A stretch of 64,000 nucleotides of DNA. It comes from Lepidodermella squamata (Eukaryota; Animalia; Gastrotricha). The stretch lies in the NCBI GenBank assembly GCA_047495785.1, contig JBLDXI010000023.1:1054001-1118000 (forward strand). Reading direction: 5' to 3'. How positions within the stretch are numbered: the first letter of the stretch is position 1; every line of letters begins with the position of its first letter. The notes under the pieces were generated by a model, which saw only the letters and a program-made list of their open reading frames with translations, was not told the origin of the DNA and ran no database searches. A program made the position numbers and the translations under genes. Shown here one piece after another: positions 19,791-31,274 of this stretch.

Positions 19791-21594
19791 GTTCAGTCGA
19801 CCGGAAGATTAATCATAAAAGCTGAGATGACAATATTTCAGCCAGTTCAGTCGACTGGACGATGAATCATAGAAGTTGAGATGACAATATTTTCGCCAGT
19901 TCAGTCGACTGGACGATGAATCATAGAAGTTGAGATGACAATATTTCAGCCAGTTCAGTCGACTGGACGATGAATCATTGAAAGCTATTCCATACAGGTG
20001 GACAGCTGGTCATGGTAACCCATTCCACCCGAGTGGACGATGAATCATAGCAATCCATTCCACCCAGGTGGACAACTAGTCATGGTAAACCATTCCAAAC
20101 AGGTGGACAACTAGTCATGGTAACCCATTCCACCCGAGTAGACGATGAATCATAGTTAGCCATTCCACCCGAGTGGACGATGAATCATAGAAGTGGAGAT
20201 GACAATATTTCAGCCAGTTCAGTCGACTGGACGATGAATCATAGAAACCGAGATGACAATATTTTAGCCAGTTCAGTCGACTGGACGATGAATCATTGAA
20301 AGCTATTCCATACAGGTGGACAGCTGGTCATGGTAACCCATTCCACCCGAGTGGACGATGAATCATAGTTAACCAATCCACCCGAGTGGACGATGAATCA
20401 TAGCAATCCATTCCACCCAGGTGGACAACTAGTCATGGTAACCCATTCCAACCCGAGTGGACGATGAATCCCAGAAACCGAGATGACAATATTTCAGCCA
20501 GTTCAGTCGACTGGACGATGAATCATAGCAATCCATTCCACCCAGGTGGACAACTAGTCATGGTAAACCATTCCAAACAGGTGGACAACTAGTCATGGTA
20601 ACCCATTCCACCCGAGTGGACGATGAATCATAGAAACCGAGATGACAATATTTTAGCCAGTTCAGTCGACTGGACGATGAATCATTGAAAGCTATTCCAT
20701 ACAGGTGGACAGCTGGTCATGGTAACCCATTCCACCCGAGTGGACGATGAATCCTAGGAACCGAGATGACAATATTTCAGCCAGTTCAGTCGACTGGACG
20801 ATGAATCATAGCAATCCATTCCACCCAGGTGGACAACTAGTCATGGTAACCCATTCCACCCGAGTGGACGATGAATCATAGCAATTCATTCCAAACAGGT
20901 GGACAACTAGTCATGGAAACCCATTCCACCCGAGTGGACGATGAATCCTAGAAACCGAGATGACAATATTTCAGCCAGTTCAGTCGACTGGACGATGAAT
21001 CATAGCAATCCATTCCACCCAGGTGGACAACTAGTCATGGTAACCCATTCCACCCGAGTGGACGATGAATCATAGCAATCCATTCCACCCAGGTGGACAA
21101 CTAGTCATGGTAAACCATTCCAAACAGGTGGACAACTAGTCATGGTAACCCATTCCACCCGAGTGGACGATGAATCATAGAATCCGAGATGACAATATTT
21201 CAGCCAGTTCAGTCGACTGGACGATGAATCATAGAAGCCGAGATGACAATATTTTAGCCAGTTCAGTTGACTGGACGATGAATCATAGAAGCCGAGATGA
21301 CAATATTTTAGCCAGTTCAGTCGACTGGACGATGAATCATAGTTAGCTATTCCACCCGAGTGGATGATGAATCATAGTTAGCCAATCCTCCGGAGTGGAC
21401 GATGAATCATAGTTAGCCAATCCACCCGAGTGGACAACTAGTCATGGTAAACCATTCCAAACAGGTGGATGATGAATCATAGTTAGCTATAACAACCGAG
21501 TGGACGTTGAATCATTGTAAGCTATTCCACCCGAGTGGACGATGAATCATAGAAACCGAGATGACAATATTTTAGCCAGTTCAGTCGACTGGAC
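19791..21594. repeat. Modular minisatellite of interleaved 35-bp and ~55-bp palindrome-containing units
   Basis: 35-mers such as ccatTCCACccgaGTGGAcgatgaatcatagcaat and ccattccacccaggtggacaactagtcatggtaaa; ~55-mer gagatgacaatatttcagccagttCAGTCGACTGgacgatgaatcatagaaacc. Confidence 0.95.
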
Positions 21595-21616
21595 AAACAC
21601 AAATATGTAACGCTCA

Positions 21617-21675
21617 AGAGAAGAGAGAGAGAGAGAGAGAAGAGAAAGAAGAAAGAGAAGAAAAGAAAGAAAAAA
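21617..21675. repeat. Polypurine (GA-rich) tract
   Basis: Uninterrupted A/G run including (GA)n. Confidence 0.9.
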
Positions 21676-21760
21676 CCGAATTTCTTCTGCGGGCGGTGGG
21701 GATTGAACCCGCACCCCAAAACAACACTGCACAGTGCGTTAACCACTATGCCAGTGGGCG
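21670..21760 (-). ncRNA. tRNA-derived RNA polymerase III-type cassette (putative ~90-nt small RNA; not a functional tRNA)
   Basis: Box A TGGCATAGTGG (21753-21743) and box B GGTTCAATCCC (21709-21699) at canonical tRNA spacing; TATAAAA ~30 nt upstream (21795-21789); T6 terminator (21675-21670). Acceptor and anticodon stems do not pair. Confidence 0.55.
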
Positions 21761-21842
21761 AGGCCCATTTATATGTGCGTACGTCTCATTTTATAGTGTT
21801 ATGTGGAAGTGTTGTGTGTGATGAGTCATAACTCGCTCATGT

Positions 21843-22058
21843 ATGTTTTGCGCATCTAATACTCCCCCCTTACGCCGAAATTTTGTCCTCATTCGCGGAC
21901 GCGCAATTGTCATAACTCATCTCCCCAGCAATTTCGAACACACTAAATATATATTCAAAACGTCCTTGAAACGTTTTGCCAATTTCCATGGTTAGGCTCG
22001 AATTGCCAAAAAGGGCGTAAGCCGTCGAGTGGCCCAGCTACGGCAATTCCTATCTGCT
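21843..22058 (-). repeat. Right terminal inverted repeat of Polinton
   Basis: Ends ...ggcaattcctatctgct, followed by the TSD tttacg. Confidence 0.95.
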
Positions 22059-22499
22059 TTTACGATGGTTTTGAAGCGAAGAGCCGACTACTACCTGCTG
22101 AATATGTTCGCGCCAAGTTTCATCTTATCGACCCTGGAAATTGCAGCTTTTGGGATCCCGGCAACTGAGCCCGATCGAGCTTCATTCGCTTGTTCAGTTA
22201 TGTTATCGATTTTCGTGCTCCAGGGCCTGTTTTCGGGGGCTGTCCCACAGTCGCCCCGGCCTATCGTCACTTCTTACTACGTTCTCGGAGTCATCATGTT
22301 CGCAATGGGATGCTCGACCTACGCAGCCATCATGTGTGGCTATTGTAAAATGTTTGAAAAACGCGCAAACAGAATTGTGAAATTTTGCGGCTTTGAATTG
22401 CGCGCCTTTGTCGTTATCGACATTGTTGCTTTCATCATTTTCCTTTCGTCTTATATACTGTTTAATGTTGTTGTTACTTTCTACCTAGCATGCGCTTAG
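22059..22499 (+). pseudogene. 3' half (pre-M1 and M1-M4) of the interrupted Cys-loop channel gene
   Basis: FTMVLKRRADYYLLNMFAPSFILSTL (pre-M1/M1), PDRASFACSVMLS (M2), M3, and M4 IDIVAFIIFLSSY; starts exactly at the TSD. Confidence 0.9.
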
Positions 22500-23778
22500 C
22501 TAGCAAAACGACATGCTAATCGATTTCTAAATAACTTGTTTGTTTCATTTTTGAATAAAAACGTTTCTGTTTAGCCTGTTCGTCCAAAATGAGAATGACC
22601 AAAAGGAAAGTTTTATTTTCGTCCATCAGTTGAAGAACAAAGAGGTCAACAACATTGATACCCTTGTGGGTTTTGTGGAAGGCGCCGGCGATCAGCTCGA
22701 GTCCGACTGCTCAGTTGCAAGCAGAGCCTGCCTTTTCCCAAAAAATTCATAATTCTCATCCCGATCTCTGGCTGTTATCTCAGCTATTTCTTATCATTTC
22801 TAGATCTTATCATTTGAGCCGCAACAAGTGAGAAGCGCCTGTTCGTTAATACCTCATAACCTCAGAAACATGCGCCAAGTTTGGGCCTGTTTTGTAGAAT
22901 TTATAGAAAATCAAGGTGAGCTCATAAATTGATGAAAAAATGCTGGTAGCCGTGGGATACAGATGTGAAGCCCCAGGATGTTACCTGGAATTTTCCGAGC
23001 TCACCTTGATTTTTAAAAAACGTTCGATTGATTGCCTGAATTTTTGGCTAATCAGATGAGCACCATTGATTGAAGACAACCTTGAGATTGAAGAAAGTGA
23101 TCAGCTCGTGATCATTAGCTAAAAACGCGATTATTTTCATTTTTCACTAGTTTCGGACCACACCTCCGAAAATCAGCTCTGAGATGGCATGGCAAAGAAA
23201 ATGTCCGGCCAAATTTCTTGACTATGCCTCCGGTGAAAAGCATATGTTCGGCTTGCTTCAGCTGTCGCGTAGTTGCTTATCGCAGATCGCAGCCTGCCTC
23301 GTAGTTCAAACAAGCCGAGGCAGCTGGAATCTTTGCATATCGATGCCCGCGTTGTTATCACCAAGACAATATTCTTCAATGCTTTTCACACGCAGTAAAA
23401 AACAGCTAAAAACCAGAATAAGGCGCTGCGCATTATCGCATGAAACAGTTATGGTAAGAAGTAACTGGGATATGACGCATGGTTAAGCCTACTTTTCGAC
23501 GGCAAAATTATATCATCATTTTTCTCGAATTCTGAACAAGCGTAGGCTTAATGATTGATGCCCGTAGCCTGCCTCGCAGTTCAAACAAACCGAGGCAGCT
23601 GAAATCTTTGCACTGATGCCGGCGATTACCAGGACAATATTCTTCAATGTTGTTCACTTGCGGCAAAAAACAGCCCAAAACCACGTGGCAGAGCCGATAA
23701 AAGCTGACAGATTCCGTTCATTTTGTTCAATTAACGGCGTATTTCCTAAAAGAAATAGCAGATCATTTTTTGTTGATT

Positions 23779-24549
23779 ATGTTTTCGAAGCTCATTACTC
23801 TTTTCGCTTTAGTCGCCTCAATTGGTGGGTGATAAATTGGGGTCTTCTAATTGTTAGCAGCTGACTGATTTCTTTCGTACATTTCAGATGCTGTTCTCCC
23901 GCCATTGGACTTCGACGAGGTGAAATACGCATGCGGCTCAGTCTACTCAATGCTTAAAAATGGCACAGTCGAAACCTGCAACAGTGCCTGCTACTGGGCG
24001 GGCTCGGAATGCCTCGGCTACGCTTACAGCGCGACCAAGAAAACTTGCCAGTTGAGTTCGCAGTGCGCTAAGACGAACTCGAGCGTTCCGAGCGGGTTCA
24101 AGGTCTTTGCTAAGAATGCCGGTAAGACCGGCACGAAAATAGGGGAACAGCGATGAATTACTTGATAGGGTGAATAAATTTGTGTGTTCGCCGTTGCTCA
24201 CCGAAATTACTTGAAAAAAGAGTATATTAACAAATTCGATTTCACCCCTGTGATCTCTCATCTTCGTGCCGGTCAGGGATAGAAGGGATGCAAACCGCAA
24301 ACGTATCTTGATAATTTTCGCTTTTTAAAGTTAAGCAAGTTCACCATAGACCAGGACACATGCCAGCACCGTTGTTACGCCTTTTACAAGTTTGACACGT
24401 CTGCGAAATGCGCTGCGAAATGTCTTGAAGATGGGAAGAAATGCCAAAGGATGCAATTCAATTTATTGACAAAAAAATGCTATCTCTCAGCGTGCGACGA
24501 AAATCCTAATATCGCCCACTTTAGTCATAGATGGCTTACTGATTCGTAG
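23779..24549 (+). CDS. Second double-PAN/Apple-like secreted protein gene (paralog of 168-1008)
   Basis: Same exon structure and signal peptide (MFSKLITLFALVASI); first domain highly similar, second more diverged (KCAAKCLEDGKKCQRMQFNLLTKKCYL). Confidence 0.65.
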
Positions 24550-24909
24550 TAACACACGACGGATGGAGAACAGCCCAGATATCTCGACATAGTGAGTCGT
24601 TGTTGTGATGTCAAGTGAGGAGGTCGTTGAAACGATAATAAAACGAAGAGCAAAAGATATACCAGAGCTATTACATCCTTTCCCGAAAATACATGGCTTG
24701 AGGCGAGCTGACACCTTTACAGATTTGAATTCATTTTAATATGATGGAAACTCCCTCGAGTCAAGTAATCCAAATATATAAGAAGGAAATATATTTTGTA
24801 AATAGTTGTCAATAGAGCGGAAAGAGGAGTATTGAGTTTTAAGGTGAATAATGAGTAACGTCAGAAGCAATGATATTTTAAAAAAATTCCGTTTTTTGAT
24901 GAAAGTCAT

Positions 24910-26465
24910 TCAGAGATCACCGAGCCGCGAATCATTGCAATCGTGCTTTTGCGAACCGTCCTGACAATCGCACAACATATATAGGCATCGTTTGGCCCCT
25001 GTACAATCGCATATCGCTGGAAAAATGAAAGAATCAAGTTTCAACCTCAAATCAGACAATCTATTAGACAACATTTTCCGTTTCATGAATTCAAAGTGAA
25101 ATATGACGCGACAAGTGAAAACAGTACCTTACGCATTTGAGAGAAATTATCTTAGTTGGTCTTAGTTGGTCATTAAAACCACTTAAATAAGGCGTTCAGT
25201 ATATGGTACTAAAAAATAATAAACCTTTTAAGCAATCGGCACCAGTTCTCCATTTGTCAAAACAAGTACATGTGTTCGTGTTCGATGCAGTGCAGTAAGC
25301 AGTCGTAGGGCAAATAACCGATCCGCAAATTTCTGCGAATTCCGCGAATCATAATGAGCTCTAGAGTTTACTAACAACTTCAAAACTCACGCCTGTTGCA
25401 AGAAGCTCCAGTCCAACCGGCTTTGCAGGCGCACATATTTGTTCCGTAACAGTTCCCGTTTTTACATGGAGTGTCGCATTTAGGCTTATCGACTATAATT
25501 TTAGAGAATAAGAAATTAGAACCCGACAGAGTAGACAGTTTCTTACAAAATTTGTACGTGCGAAGGTCTACCATTCTAATAGGATTCGCGGAGCCGAAAT
25601 TTCCCCCATAGACATGAATTATGGGAGGTTCCATGGTAGGATCGGTGGGCACGAACCCTGGCGAGTCGATATTGCTGTAAATCGCCGTGCATTGGGTCGA
25701 CGAGCAAATATCAGCCGACAGCTTTGTTCCCCATCTAACGACAATGCCAACACTGATGCGCCCTCTCGCCAGTTCCTTGCCAAAGCTCACAACGTTCGTG
25801 GTGCCGATGACTGCTCGAGTCGGGGACGAGAAAAGGATGAAGCGTTGATAATAGCCGTTGTAATTCAGAGTAAAGCCGGCGAAATTGTTGTTATCGATTG
25901 GCTTGAAAGTGCCAGGGACAGAGTAGTTGAATGACGAATTCGATATAACCGATATCGAGAAAATGTCTAGGGTGGATCCTGCAGGCCCATCGAGATGCAT
26001 TGTCACATTAGAAAAATCAGCAACCATGAAGTACTCGAGGAAGAAATCGTATAATTTCAAACATTCAATCTATTCAACCAGCAGCTTACTTTCCGGCTTG
26101 ACAGTTTTCCTTCCGTGTTGAGCGCGTTCGAGGCAAGAACTATCTCGTTGTTAGGGCCGACATTGGTATAGACCGAGGAACTGGCATATGCCCAGTTATT
26201 TTCTACAAAATATAGCACAGCGAATTCGACATTTTGATGCCTTGAGCGAGAATTTACGATAATTTCCGTTGTTAAAATAGGAAAAATCGGGCGAAAATGT
26301 GCTTGGATCAAACAGCGGCATTCCGATTGCTGTTTATATCGCAATAATGACACGAAGTTTTCAAGAAGGGAAATGTCTCAAACCTTGAGAGCAATCGGCC
26401 CCTGTGAATCGAGCCAGGCATGTGCAACTATTGGTTGCGTTGTTGCAAAACCCATTTCTCTGCAG
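24910..26465 (-). CDS. Multi-exon EGF-repeat extracellular protein (5' end not defined, may extend to ~26860)
   Basis: EGF-like exons GFCNNATNSCTCLARFTGADC, CDTPCKNGNCYGTNMCACKAGWTGASC and CTASNTNTCTCFDKWRTGADC flank a ~200-aa beta-rich domain (25380-26060 ORF). Confidence 0.6.
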
Positions 26466-29400
26466 GCAGGTTGGAACGCAAACTGTAAACCGCAAAAGAA
26501 TTCAAATGTTTTCGAAGATTTGAAATGGTTTTTAATGTATTAGAAATTATTCATCCAGTGCAGTAGACAAATGAAACATCGAACATCAATAACTTCGCGC
26601 CTTGAAAGCCAGCAAAATTGCAGCGCTACGCAATACGAATTGCTTGTCAAAATTTGCTGAGCAATCCGTCTATCATTTCTGGCATAAATTAAAATTATTA
26701 TGGCGTAATATCATCAAATTATGTCTGACTTGGTTCGGTTTAATAAATGTGAATAATAAATTTTTACTACATTACAGAAACTGGGTTTGGCATTTTTCCA
26801 ATGAGGTCTTTGCATTACTGCACTGGGAGTCCACACAGAGTCTGGGTGGACAGAGAACCTGAAACTAACTATTCCATATGGAATATGGAAGCGAAAAAGT
26901 TAGGTCGAGCAAGCGCAGTAGAAATGAAGAAAGCTATTTCTGGAGAGAAGGTGATGAAGGGCAAATGACAGCTCTACCTAGGAATCCGTGGGGGTGTTAC
27001 AGGGGAATCAAAACATGAAATCCAGGCATAATAACCTGAGAACCCCACAGAAACCTCTCCTCCCAACGCAAGAAATAGTTCCCAGTTCGAAAAACCGCTT
27101 TCGTTCACTGATCGCTGATCGGGAAACAATTAAAAGCTCAATTAACTAAATTGAAAACTTTGAGTGTTATGAAGCATCAGGGTCGTCAACTGTAAGAAGC
27201 TGAGAGGGAAAACACCAAGAAGCCACCCGATGGTCATCACATTTCGGCCAGAAAATTTCCCCGAGTTCGAGGATCCTACTTCACGCAGTGGCTAAGACTC
27301 TGCAGTCGAAAAAGAGATGGTGATTTCAATCGAATAGCGCATTAAATTACAAAATTTGCGACCGGTTACCATGAATGTACTTAGTTAGCGATATAAGACG
27401 AGCGGGTGACATAATGAACGGGAAAAAACCGGATGCAGCCTGCGCAGATGAGGCATGGCGTTGAAGTTGATAAATTTACCACGTAGATATTGCTTTCTGC
27501 TATATTATTATTATAATCCGCAGGAAATAAATGGTGTCCATCGTCACATTTAATTAATATGTTATGAGGGAAGTACAGGGAATGGGATATCTCAGCCGAG
27601 ATGAGTTAAAAAACACTTACTTCCCAGACTAGCAGAAATCAACGCGAAAAGAATCTTGAATCGTAATAACCTCTCCATCTTTCAAGATAACGGTGCTAAA
27701 GAGCAGGCAAATTATTGCTCAATCAGTGATGCGTACGCCTTGCGATATTGCGATATAACTTGTCGGGCTGTCGATTGGTTGCCACGTGTCGACCCCACGC
27801 ATTCAATCTGGCGAAGACCACGTGTGTACGCGACATATCGATAATGAGGCAGCTTTCTGTTCCGAAAATAGATGAAACAATGCAAGCTTAAGCGCCTGCT
27901 GCCATCGCAGTTATGGATTTCAGCTATATTTTGCCGCGTACAATTCACGCTTTCACCGCGCCTCCCCGCTAATCAAACGCCTACATCTCGCAATTTTGCT
28001 AGCGCTCGAACCCTCGATTTTCTAAGAAAAATTGAGCGATGTAAATCGTGCTAATGTATGTATGCGGCTTTTCCCTCTTTATGCGTGATTTTTCATCTGT
28101 TGGGCGGTTGCATTAATTGAAATAAAGTCTTGCGCGGCTAGTAACTTTGACGCCGTTGACTAGTTCTACCCGCCCTAAAATGCAATTTACTCCTATGTGA
28201 TTTCTTAGCAGCCTTGGAGTAAGAGTATTCGGTTTAAACTCCAACCAGCATACACCGGCTTATACCACTCAAAAGCGATTTTTCGAGTGCATTTTTTGGG
28301 GGGTTAATCAGCCAGCCAGAAGTCGTCTAAGAGTCATCATGTCCCCAGGATCAATGCCGCACAGCTGAAATACTTTGGAAAGCCAAATCGATTTGGCTAT
28401 TGGCTAAATTTTGAAAAATTGATCACTCAATCAGTTACCAATAATCGATAATCGATGGCCGTGTGATAAGTCAAACTATGCAGTTCTTCACGTAGAATCA
28501 CGTGGTGCTATTCAAATCTCTACATGACTAAGTGCTAGCAAGCTTTCCTTATGTCAAATAATACATTTCAGTAGTGATTTTTGCATATAATTAAAAAGCC
28601 GGTCGATATGTATTTTACCCTGCCTGGAGTCGTGGCAGTCAAGTGGGACTCTAAGGGAAAATTTGTAACTGAGCAGAGGCCTTAACCCTTTCTGCTCTGA
28701 CTGGGTGGCGGCAATAGCCTCGGCCATAGATCCTTCTATGTACCGGGCCGCATTATCAACATAGGCAGTCGGCAAATATCCACTTCAGCTGGCAATATCC
28801 GAGCTTAGCCGCATTTTGCTGTCCTTATTGATAGTGTGGTGCCAATAGGGTTAGCAGTTAGCAGTCCTGCAGGCTGCAGTTTTCACCTGCTTGAATGTTC
28901 GCAAGAGCACACTAATAACGATTTTTTTTAAGCCGATTTTCCATCGCATTTTCAGAATCCTCAGTTTAAACAATATTTCGCTCGTCACGTACTTAGTGTG
29001 AAAACGCTTATTTTGTAGGCGATTCTGAAGAAAAGTGAGACCAGGCTGAACTTGGCCTTTCAACAGTGGACAGTTGGCGAAAATGGAGCCGATTCTTCAG
29101 CAAGATTTACAAGTTCCACCAATATGTAATTTCCTATGGCGCAATTTTGGCAATACTATGACGGTTATACGTTATACTGTATCATCGAACGGAGAAGAGA
29201 CTTGTCACGCACATCACAAACTGAGACAGTGATCTACATGGAACGGGAGAGCTATCCTTTACATCTTAATAAAAAAATGTTCTCATTTTTACTTATAATG
29301 AAATAGGCGTTAATTATTATAGCGAGCAGCCTGGACTGACTCACGCATCGACAGATCGCCTACTTAAGGCATGTGATAAATTTAGCAAAAGCAAACAAAA

Positions 29401-29524
29401 AAGCCGGAATAAGAGGCGGAGCGGCGTCTACAAACAATAACAACTCCCAGTAGTCGAGTTAGAACCTTCTTGCCATATACAAGATCATTATAACTCTTTT
29501 CATTTTACATTTATTTTTTCTGAA

Positions 29525-30867
29525 ATGCCGGTCTCCTTCGTAGCTGTAATTCTGGCAGCTGCCATGCAGCAGGGTGAGTATTGTCGGAGAAAACTGTATG
29601 TAGAACCAAATTTTTAATATTTGAAAGCATACGCCGTCATCTACACGGCTCCTGTGACAAGCATTGGCTGGAATGTAAGAGAAAATTGTGTGAAGTATTT
29701 AGTTCATTTCAGTCATTTCTGTTCCCGAACAGAAATTCGCGCCTTACAATGTAATGGTCACTTTTGGAACCCCTGGACAGACACTTCCGTTGATGGTAGA
29801 TTCCGGCTCAAAGTCATTTCAAGTCGCTACCGCTCAGTATGCCCAAACCCTCACAACTGGAATCACTGGATTCGATACCAGTTCATCCTCAACCTGGAAG
29901 GACCTTTCACGTATCCTGCCAGTCAACTCACATACGGCAGCGCTAGCCTGCAGTGCTCGTTCGGTAGTGACACTGCTGCGCTGGGAAACTTCAAAGTCGC
30001 TTCGACAGTCATTGCCCTCGCAACTGGAACCGTTAGCGGCGCTCCTCCTAGTGGCCACAGCGGTGTAATCGGAATGGGCTGGCAGAACTACACGCAGCCA
30101 TGCGCGAAGAACTACCCTTCTTGCATTCTGCCGAACCTTATCTCAACGGCGGTTGCTGGAGGAAACCTCCCTATTTGGACCATTTATCTTACAGCTGCCT
30201 CGAACGCGACTGTGGGAGGTTTGAACGTCGGAACCATTGATAACTCTCAGTTCACTGGTTCGCTGGTTTATAGCCCGGTCACCCCCTACGGCGTGTCGAA
30301 TAGTAAATGGTTTGTTTCGTTGAGCAAGATCTCGGTAGGTTCCTGTCTACCTCCAAACTACTATTTTCATCATGATCTCTCAAGGTAAATGGTAAAGCTG
30401 TCGCATGCCAGGACGGATCATGCTCTGTTCTGCCTGATACTGGTACCACAGGTGCTATCAACTTCCCAACTGTTCAAATGGCTGTAACTGTCGCCCAGGC
30501 TCTCGGTGCCACTCAACAATGCACTCTGCCCTCTTGCCAAGATACCGCCACGTACTTCAACTCTTCGAACTGGGGCTGGCCTTGCGGGTCCAATCTCGCG
30601 TCTCTGCCTAGCTTCACCTTCGATTTCAATGGCGGAAGTGTCACTGTCCCGCCGGCTGTTTACCTGGGTCTCGCTGAGTTATCTTGGCATAGTGGTTTCT
30701 GCCCTCTTGGTGGAGGATACGGCGGCGTTTTCGGCGTGTATGCACACACCTTGAACCAAATCGTTCTGGGCAAGCCTGTTATTCAGCGCTACTACAATGT
30801 TTTCGATGTTGGAAATGCTCGCTGGGGCTTCGCTCCCGTTGTTGGACTTCCGTCCTACATGCAGTAA
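29525..30867 (+). CDS. Pepsin-family (A1) aspartic protease, 4 exons, one apparent 1-nt frameshift at ~29900
   Basis: Signal peptide; FGTPGQ...VDSGS and LPDTGT catalytic motifs; flap LTYGS; GVIGMG; IVLGKPVIQRYYNVFD..N.RWGFA. Introns after 29573, after ~29674 and at 30336-30384. Confidence 0.88.
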
Positions 30868-31274
30868 GAGCCGTTCAAATGGAGCGCTTGTGAGAATAGT
30901 GAGTATGAAATTGCGTGTGATTGTGAGGCAGATGAGTTCTACAGATTGAATATATTTGATGGATGTTCGATGTTCGGCCTAAACGCAACAAAATGCAGAA
31001 CATAAAATTTTGTATTTGACGCCAAAATATTCTACAATATCCAGAAAGGATTACGAGGTGGATGAATATCCGAAAGCTAGTTAGGATGCTATTAAGAGCA
31101 GCGGAATGTCAGATTAGATATATGAAAGTTGAATATCCGTTATAGCTTGTTCAACCGGTTTTTACCCCGGCTTACATCTGGAGTGAGAGAAAATGATAGA
31201 GCGTGATGTGGATTAATTAACGAAGGGAGGATTGTGCACGGTGACTGTTCAATGAATGCAGGCGTTCTGAAGTT

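Larger units (their letters stand above)
3537..22058. mobile_element. Full-length Polinton/Maverick (adintovirus-like, pPolB with EndoVII-like insert) endogenous virus, 18,522 bp
   Basis: 5'-AG...CT-3' termini, ~216-bp TIRs, 6-bp TSD TTTACG at 3531-3536 and 22059-22064. Encodes pPolB, rve integrase, A32 ATPase, adenain, major and minor capsid proteins. Confidence 0.97.

Noticed and set aside
19791-21594. CRISPR-like array (palindromic ~35-bp units)
   Set aside because: The variable parts are a few recurring variants, not unique spacers; no cas genes; eukaryotic context.
21688-21760. Functional tRNA-His gene
   Set aside because: Acceptor stem (cgcccac / cgcccgc) and anticodon stem cannot pair; only promoter boxes and partial D and T arms remain.
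22029-22058. N-terminus MAQLRQFLSA of the 156-aa ORF as a real start (and the tail of ORF 2821-3603)
   Set aside because: These residues are translated TIR sequence; the host gene resumes at the TSD.
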